From the NCBI RefSeq assembly GCF_009914755.1, contig NC_060929.1: 64,000 nt of DNA; one strand, 5' to 3'. Under the pieces are notes generated by a model that worked only from the letters and a program-made list of their open reading frames with translations, was not told the DNA's origin and did no database searches. The position numbers were made by a program, and so were the translations under genes. Positions 56,811 through 64,000 of the stretch are shown one piece after another; position 1 is the stretch's first letter, and every line of letters starts with the position of its first letter. Source of the DNA: the human T2T-CHM13v2.0 reference genome, Homo sapiens.

Positions 56811-58159
56811 ATGTATATATCTCATTATAATTATCATTGGGGAAGCTGACTGATAGGTACAGGAAGTTTGTTATACTCAATCCTGTCAGCTTTTCTTTAT
56901 GTTTGAAACTTTACAGAATGAAAAAGTAAAAAGAGAGAGAGACAGCAAGCATATATATGAGATGAGGACTCATTCCAAAGTAACTAGAAGAGTTACAGGT
57001 ATGGTTAATGCTTCACTAAGACCTCGACTCTCCACTTGATCACTTGACTTGCTTCTGTCCTGAGGTCACAACATTACAGACATTTTGAGGTCTTTGTTTT
57101 GTGTGTTTCCCCACCATATCTCATCTACCTCTTCATTTTTCCTCAATTTACTGGCCACTTCTATTATTTCTACTAACCAATTTTGATATTCTTCCTTCCT
57201 GTATAAAACACATGCTTCTTTTGATTATGAGGCCCCACTTGATGACTAACAAAGGGAGTATGAAGTATACCTGCAAAATGCCTCCTCTTTTTGCCCTTCC
57301 ACCAATGGGTAAAAATTTATGTCTTTTAGTTGGAAAAAAATTTCGCTCAATTCTATATAAAACTAGTGTTATTTTTTTCTAGACATGTTCTCCTCATTCT
57401 GATTTGGATTGAAACAGAAAAAAAAAAGAATGAGGAATTAAAATATGTCATTTACAGGAGCATTTTTATCTTACATGTTTAAAGTAGATCCGTAGTAGAA
57501 ATGATCTTGCAACAACCACCTTCCAACCTATAGTGTTTAAAATTCAGTGAGAGGATGGACATCAGTAGAAGGAGTATCAGTGGCAAGCACAGAAGACAAA
57601 TGGAGACAGAAATAAGGACTGACAGAATGACAGAGCTCAGAGACGGCTCTTGAAAAGAGCAAGAAAGAAGCTGGCGGAATCTACTTGCTATTGGTGAGGC
57701 TTTTCCTGGTTCCTCATAACCAACTCCTTGCCTGTTTTTAATCCCAGGGTCTTTGTACTTCTCTCTCACTGTAAAAAGTGCATTCTCTTTTCTCCTTCTA
57801 TGCCTCTTCTCTATTAAGTTCTATAAAGGGTTGGAAACACTTGATAGTTCTGATCACACAGCAGTAACCTCAGGCAGATTTTGACTATACTAGGAAAGCT
57901 ATTTATAATTGTCTCCTTATTGGTTTTTGTTGTTTACAGGAGAGAAGCCCAACTAGCTGTACATCTCCTCAGTTCAACATAACACCCCAGTTAAATATAA
58001 ATACATCCTTAAAATACATTGCCAGGATAGAACATGTAAATACAGAGACATTGAATCTCATCTTTTTTCCTGAAATCCTAGTTCTTGAAAAGCAAAAGAT
58101 TTTTCTATGTGGAAATTGAGCTGCCTATGGTGATTAATTACAAATGACCTAAATTCTTT

Positions 58160-59620
58160 AAGGAAATATTTATTGAGAACTTATTATGAGCCAGACACTG
58201 TCTTAGATACAGTGATGAGGCAATGGTGAGCAAAAGAAAATCCTGACCCCAAGAAATTTATAATCAATCAAGGAAGAAAGATAAGTAGAGTCAGTTACCA
58301 TATAGTGCGATACCTGCACTCATAAGGGTGCATGCAGCATGTGATGGAAAAAGATTAAAAGAGCACGTAATCAGATGCAGGGCCTCAGAGAAGGATTTGC
58401 AGAAAAATGATCTCTAATTAGCTGAGAAATAATAGTCATGGCTGCTAATATTGATTGAGTGCTTACTAGATCCCACTCTAAGTCCCACTCAATCTTTATA
58501 ATAGCCCCTAAAGGTACATGCTATTGCTAATATCATTATCATCAACAACAACATCACATCATCCTCACTTTCCCCATCAAGGCCTAGAAAGGGAAAGGAG
58601 TGGGAAATGGGGAACCAGGATTCCATTCAAGCAGTCCCATTTAAGAGCCTCTGCTCTTCACTATAACACAAAATAGCCTCTCTAGGGGAGAAAAGGGAAT
58701 CACATGAGCAAAGGCCCAAAGAAAGGAAAGAAAGCATGTTCCATCTGAGGATTTGAAATTAGAAATTCCACTAGGCTCAGGAAAGAGCACAAATGTAATA
58801 GGGAGAAGGAGAGAGAAGACTGGGAAATCAGTCAGGGGTTAAATCACGAAGGACCATGGAAAACTCATTAAGGAGACTAGACTTAACCCGAGGGCACTGG
58901 GACATTAAAGAGCTACAACAGAGAAATGATAAGGCCAGGTTCACGTTCTAGAAAATCACTCTGGGGGTGGTTTGAAAAATGGGTTGAAGGGAAGCAAAAT
59001 TGGAAGCAGGAAGATCCATTAGGACTTTTTTGCACTAATCCACGAGACAGATGACAGTAGCCTAAACAATAGGTGATTGCAAAGGGAGCCCAGAATGGAG
59101 AGACGTGTAAGAGGGAGAACTGTTGGTGGTTAATTGGCTGTAGGCACTAAGAGAGAAGGCAGAGTTGTGATGACTCTGCTCCATTTCTTGGCCCCAAGAT
59201 GGATAATGCCACTACACATGAAGAGTAAACGCAGAAGATAGGGCAGAATGAAGGGACTGAGGCCCATGAGTTTTCTGGTGGCATGCTGAATCTGAGCGGA
59301 CATAGGAGAGTCAAGCAGAATGGTTCAATAGATCTTCAGATCTGAAGGTCACGAGTGACAGGTAGACTAGAGATGTTCATTGGAGAGCTCTTGTTCTGCA
59401 TAAGATAGCCAAAGTCCTGGGTGAATGGACCCAAGGAGAGTGAGTGTTGTGAGGAGAGAAGAGGACCTAAGCCAACACTCCAACAGTATCACCATGTAAG
59501 GGCCATAGAGAGACAGGGGAGCTCATAAATGAAGCTGAGAAACCACCAACTGAAAGGCAACAGGAAAAGTCACAGAACATGTGGTCACAGAAGCCCAAGA
59601 AAGAGCCCAGGGAAAAGGTC
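58160..59620 (-). mobile_element. L2 LINE relic with an internal MIR at ~58430-58670
   Basis: L2 3' end 'aaatatttattgagaacttattatgagccagacactgt' followed by a purine-rich L2 body ('tagaaaatcactctgg', 'ggaagcaggaagatccattagga'). Confidence 0.65.
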
Positions 59621-62600
59621 CGTGAGACCTTTTTTGTGGGAACCATCATGGTGAGCTAGTAATTTCCTTCCATTCCAGTAAGGAAACTTCCTCATGCTCA
59701 GAACTCAGGATCCACAGGCTTAAAATATTTTATTAAAGCAAATCCATTCTTCCCAGTTATTCTTTTGACAGATTTTATATGAATTATATTTGTGGAGTAA
59801 TTCAAGAGAGTATTTGCCTCTAGGAAGATGCTGCTGTTTCCTTTGTGTGTGATACCTACAGCCTTTGTTAATAATAGCTTAAACTCACCTCCATTGCCTC
59901 TGACATTTTAAAACAATCATAAAGCACTTCTAGACTTTCTATTTTCATGGTCCCACTTAATTTCAAATACGTGAGAGAAAAGAACTGTTGCATATTTTGA
60001 ATAGACTGATTATAATGATATATATGAGACTGAATAAAAATATTAATAATATTTTACATGGATTTTAGATTTTTTCATTATATTATCAATGTTATCTGTT
60101 TCAGTCCCAAAGAATGGCTGATTAGGTTTGGTTATGTAAATCAAATCTTTGATTCTTTCAAATCTTTTTTGAAATGGAGGTACTGTAGTAGCTGAATGTG
60201 GAAGGATCTGGTTGACAATTCTGCCATTAAGTTACTGAACATTAAGACATTCTGTTGAGGTGTGTTCTACACTAAAAATAGAAATATCAAACTGCATCAA
60301 TTACACACACCCATTCTCAACTGCCATTGAATAACCCTGATGACTGTTTCATAGTGAAGGAAAGAGAGATGACAAATACTTTTTAATTACTAGAAACTTT
60401 TTCATAATTTGAAAAACTTATTAAAACTTACATTTTAAATGTACTTAGCATAAAAATCACTTTATTCAGGTAAAGTATACAGACAGATTTCAGTATAAAC
60501 TTATCAATTTGTCAAAATATGTTGAAAACTTGTGAATGAGCTGTTAGAAAAGCATTTTCAATAGTTTGTGACAGTTCATTAAGTATTTAGAACAGTCCTG
60601 CAGGAGCCAGAAACGGATGAGGGGAAACTGAGGAAAAGCTGGGAAATATGACTAACTTATCTTCTTCTTTTTCTACTTTTATTTACTCCTGAGTTCATTT
60701 TTCCTGTCAAAGGCATGTGTGTTGGCTGACTTAACTGCCATCCTTTTTAATCATGTACAATCTGTTGAGACAAACAAGAAACTTAATTCCAAACAGAAAA
60801 GTGGGAAACAAGATATACAGAAACTATGCAACTCAAAGAAACATAGGGATGTCTTGTGAGACAGACAGTTCACATGAAATAAAGGAGAAATTCTAAGGAA
60901 GATGGAATATTATTTGGTCATGTTATAAGGAACAATTACGTTTGCTATAAATTTAGATTTTTAGTTGACTGTTATATCCTTAAATTCATGAACCTTTCTG
61001 TAACAAAGCCGAAACATATTTTTGTGCTCTACTTCCTGATCTTCCTTCACTCTTGACTTTCCCTTTCAAACCTGTGCCTTCTTTCATCCCTAATCTCCCT
61101 GTGACAGCAGCTTGTAAATTTCAAGCTTTCTCCATTCACATTTGCCACCCACCCTGCCATCAACACCTCACTCACAGATCCTTGGGTTTCCAGATCTGAC
61201 CTGGCATAACCTTGAGGCAGCCTTCCGTGATTGACAGCAGTTGCGTTTATAGCATTATTTCTCAGAGAGAGGAAAAGACCAGAAGATTAGCAGTGGCAAC
61301 TGCCAAGGAGTTTTATGTAAAGAATTGTGGGTTATAGGAGATTTTCTGACTTGGACAGGAACCAAAATTCAGGTCATTCCTAATACAGATAAGCTACACA
61401 GCATTCTGTGACCTTTCTGGGTTTTGTTTATTTGGTATCTAAATTTTTTTTTCTGCCTTTTCCAACCTGACTGGTAGTGTTTGATGTGGCTGGTGATGGA
61501 TGGTAAGAAGGAGATTGGAAAGGTGTAGGCAGTCTTGATTTCACTCCTTTACTTCTCCCCTCTCCCTAAATTTTGTTTCTTTTCCTTCCCTCCTTTTCCC
61601 CTCACCTTTCCAAATCCTTTTGTCCTAGTTTTTTGTTCGTTTGGTTTTTTTTGTTTTGTTTTGTTTTTAACCATCTTTCACCCATCCCCAAATACTGGAG
61701 AGCAGGGAACAAGGCCAGAGTGAAAAGATGTGATTAGACTTGGGGAAACGATTTCAGTTCCTCCACACATAGACACATACACCTTTACATGTAAAGCTTA
61801 AATCATAATTTCCTGCAGAAAAAAGTAAAATTATCTCTTTCTAGTATTTCAGCCAGAATAAAAGTCACTGAAATATACAACCTTTTTCAAACTCAATTTG
61901 TTATCGTTAACATTACCAGCAATATCAGTCCTGCTTTAAACATGATTAAACATTATAACCAATCCCATGTGTCTTCAAATATCCTGTTGACAGAATACTG
62001 CCGGCCTTTTAGTAATGCAAGGAGCAGAGCCTACATCTGGATAGGTACAAATATTTTAAGTTATTCGCTTTTAAAATAAACATTTGACTGACAGCTCAAA
62101 TTAGATCGCATGTATGCGTTAAACTCTCCTTTAATGCTGACATAAATTTTTAGGCTGCTGTTTGACTAGAGTCACAGATTCCCACAGTTTTTTTTTTCCT
62201 TTGGATTCAAGAGATCTTTTAGGGTCTACAAAGATGTCTTTCTCTGTATAAAATCAGGAATACCAACGATCTCATCCTTAGACTGAAAGAATGGCTCCTG
62301 CTCAGTAATTAACGGAACTCTGAATTAGAAACTAGATTCTCCAAGGGGTGCTATTTTCTATTAACAAGGCAAAATGTCAAAGTGAGAGGTAAAACTGTAT
62401 TTTCTCAGAACCCAAATATATTACCCCTCATATCCCTATCATAATCAAGGAAAAGAAAATTCTTTTTACTTTTGTATGCTTTAAGATTTTTTTTCCTTCA
62501 CCTTCTAGGTGCTCTCTTTCATGTATTTATTGTTTCATCTAACAAGTAAAAAAGAGAAAGAGAGAGAAAATATGTGTACGTGTGTGAGAGAGGGAGGGCA

Positions 62601-62699
62601 AGGGGACGAATAGAGAGACACACCAAGATAGAAGGGGAGTGTCATGGGAGAGACATGCAAAATTGAAAACTATTTCTTAAGGCTAGTTTTACACATTGC

Positions 62700-62828
62700 T
62701 TTTTTTTTTTTTTAGATGAGGTCTCACTATGTTGCCCAAGCTGCTCTCAAACTCCTGGCCTCAAGCAATTCTCCTACCTCTGCCTCCCGAGTAGCTGGGA
62801 TTACAGACGTGAGCCAGTACACCCGGCC
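62700..62828 (-). mobile_element. FLAM (free left Alu monomer)
   Basis: Single monomer with poly(T) and TSD ACATTGCTTT at 62693-62702 and 62829-62838. Confidence 0.88.
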
Positions 62829-64000
62829 ACATTGCTTTCTTGCGTTAAATTGCTCTTGCCACTCCTGGATAGTAATTCCTTTAAAACAAGGATAGTTTGG
62901 ATTTCTATGCTGGATATACGGTTTACTTTCAGTCTTTTATATTTGTATTTCTAAATTATACCTCTCATCACAACCACCGCAGAATACAGTCTATTATTCT
63001 ATTTATGGAATAGTGAACAACGATCCACTTCTGCCTAGATCACCTGTGTTTTAACAAAAGTCTTTCTGGAGCGGAGTGAAATCACCTCATCTGATTTCAA
63101 AATTTTCTCCTATTTTCTTTTCTTCTTCTCAGCATCACATTAGGATCCTCCATTTTGTCCCTCTCATTGGCAAAGCACAGTGTGGCTTGGAATGAGGGGA
63201 CTGTGTGGTTGCCAGGGTGACCCCAAGGACTAGTTTTAGCACATACGGTTCTGCAAATGGAAGTTCCTCAGTCAGACCTAATGGCAGGAAAGAAGATTTG
63301 CAAACTCGCCCAGGGCAAAGCTGGTATAAAGTTTCAGATAAATGTTCAGAATTAACCACCTCCTGTTACTCCTACAAAAATAACACCATGAAAAGAATTT
63401 TCCATTTTTTATTATCTTGCTGAGTGATCTTTTTTCTCTCTATAAAGAAGAAAAAAACATACTCATAGTTATAGGAGAAAGAATGTTTTTTGCTTTGAGG
63501 GGCATTGATAACAGAGTTGATGAATATATGCAGAAGACTATGTAAATGTTTAACTGCAAGAGGGTTTAAAAGTCCTCATTTTAATTAGGGAAGGATCAGG
63601 AAACAGCAACAAGTTAGCCGGAGGCTGGAGAGTTGCCACTTTACATCACTTGGTCAAAGACTAACAGGCAATATCTTCTGTTAATATTTTGACTGTTTCT
63701 ATAACTTTATGTATGTTTCCACAGAAACCGTATTTTTACGTCTCCACTGGGACAGTCGCTGGGTAGAAATGCTACAGCAAAACTGAACATGGAGTGGACA
63801 GTCTGGGTCCCATGTTCCCCTTGAAGAACTACATTTTGCTTTGTGCTTTTTCTAGATTTTATGCAAATTTGTCCTGATTCTGTATTTCGCTAAAGCAGAA
63901 GCCAAAAAAAAGTGTTTACCAATTAGGATATATTGGACGGTTTTCACATTTTCATATTTGACAAGTAGTATTTCAGCTTAAACTGCATGCGTCTTTTAAT

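Overview
This is gene-poor, AT-rich hominoid (human or great-ape) genomic DNA, not prokaryotic, so there is no CRISPR array, operon, rRNA or tRNA. The first 9 kb hold a 3' L1PA fragment, a full-length ~6.03-kb L1PA2/3-type LINE-1 and a 5'-truncated processed POLD2 pseudogene with poly(A) and target-site duplication (TSD). The LINE-1 has an intact ORF1 and an open ORF0, while ORF2 carries a 1-bp deletion and an E43K endonuclease change. The rest is Alu/FLAM, MaLR/ERVL solo LTRs, MER/Tigger DNA transposons, old L1M, L2 and MIR relics, and microsatellites. Three repeat-poor, motif-rich blocks (~18-21 kb, ~39-41 kb, ~61-62 kb) look like developmental enhancers. From memory (unverified), the human POLD2 retrocopy POLD2P1 lies in the 5q15 gene desert near NR2F1. 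I cannot support a new biological system from this sequence. The most interesting leads are a probable fossil POLD2 splice isoform, the CpG-rich and partly open 5' end of the retrocopy just downstream of the L1, the L1's missing TSD, and an inverted triplication at ~50.3 kb. Subfamily names come from recalled consensus sequences, and boundaries of old repeats are approximate.
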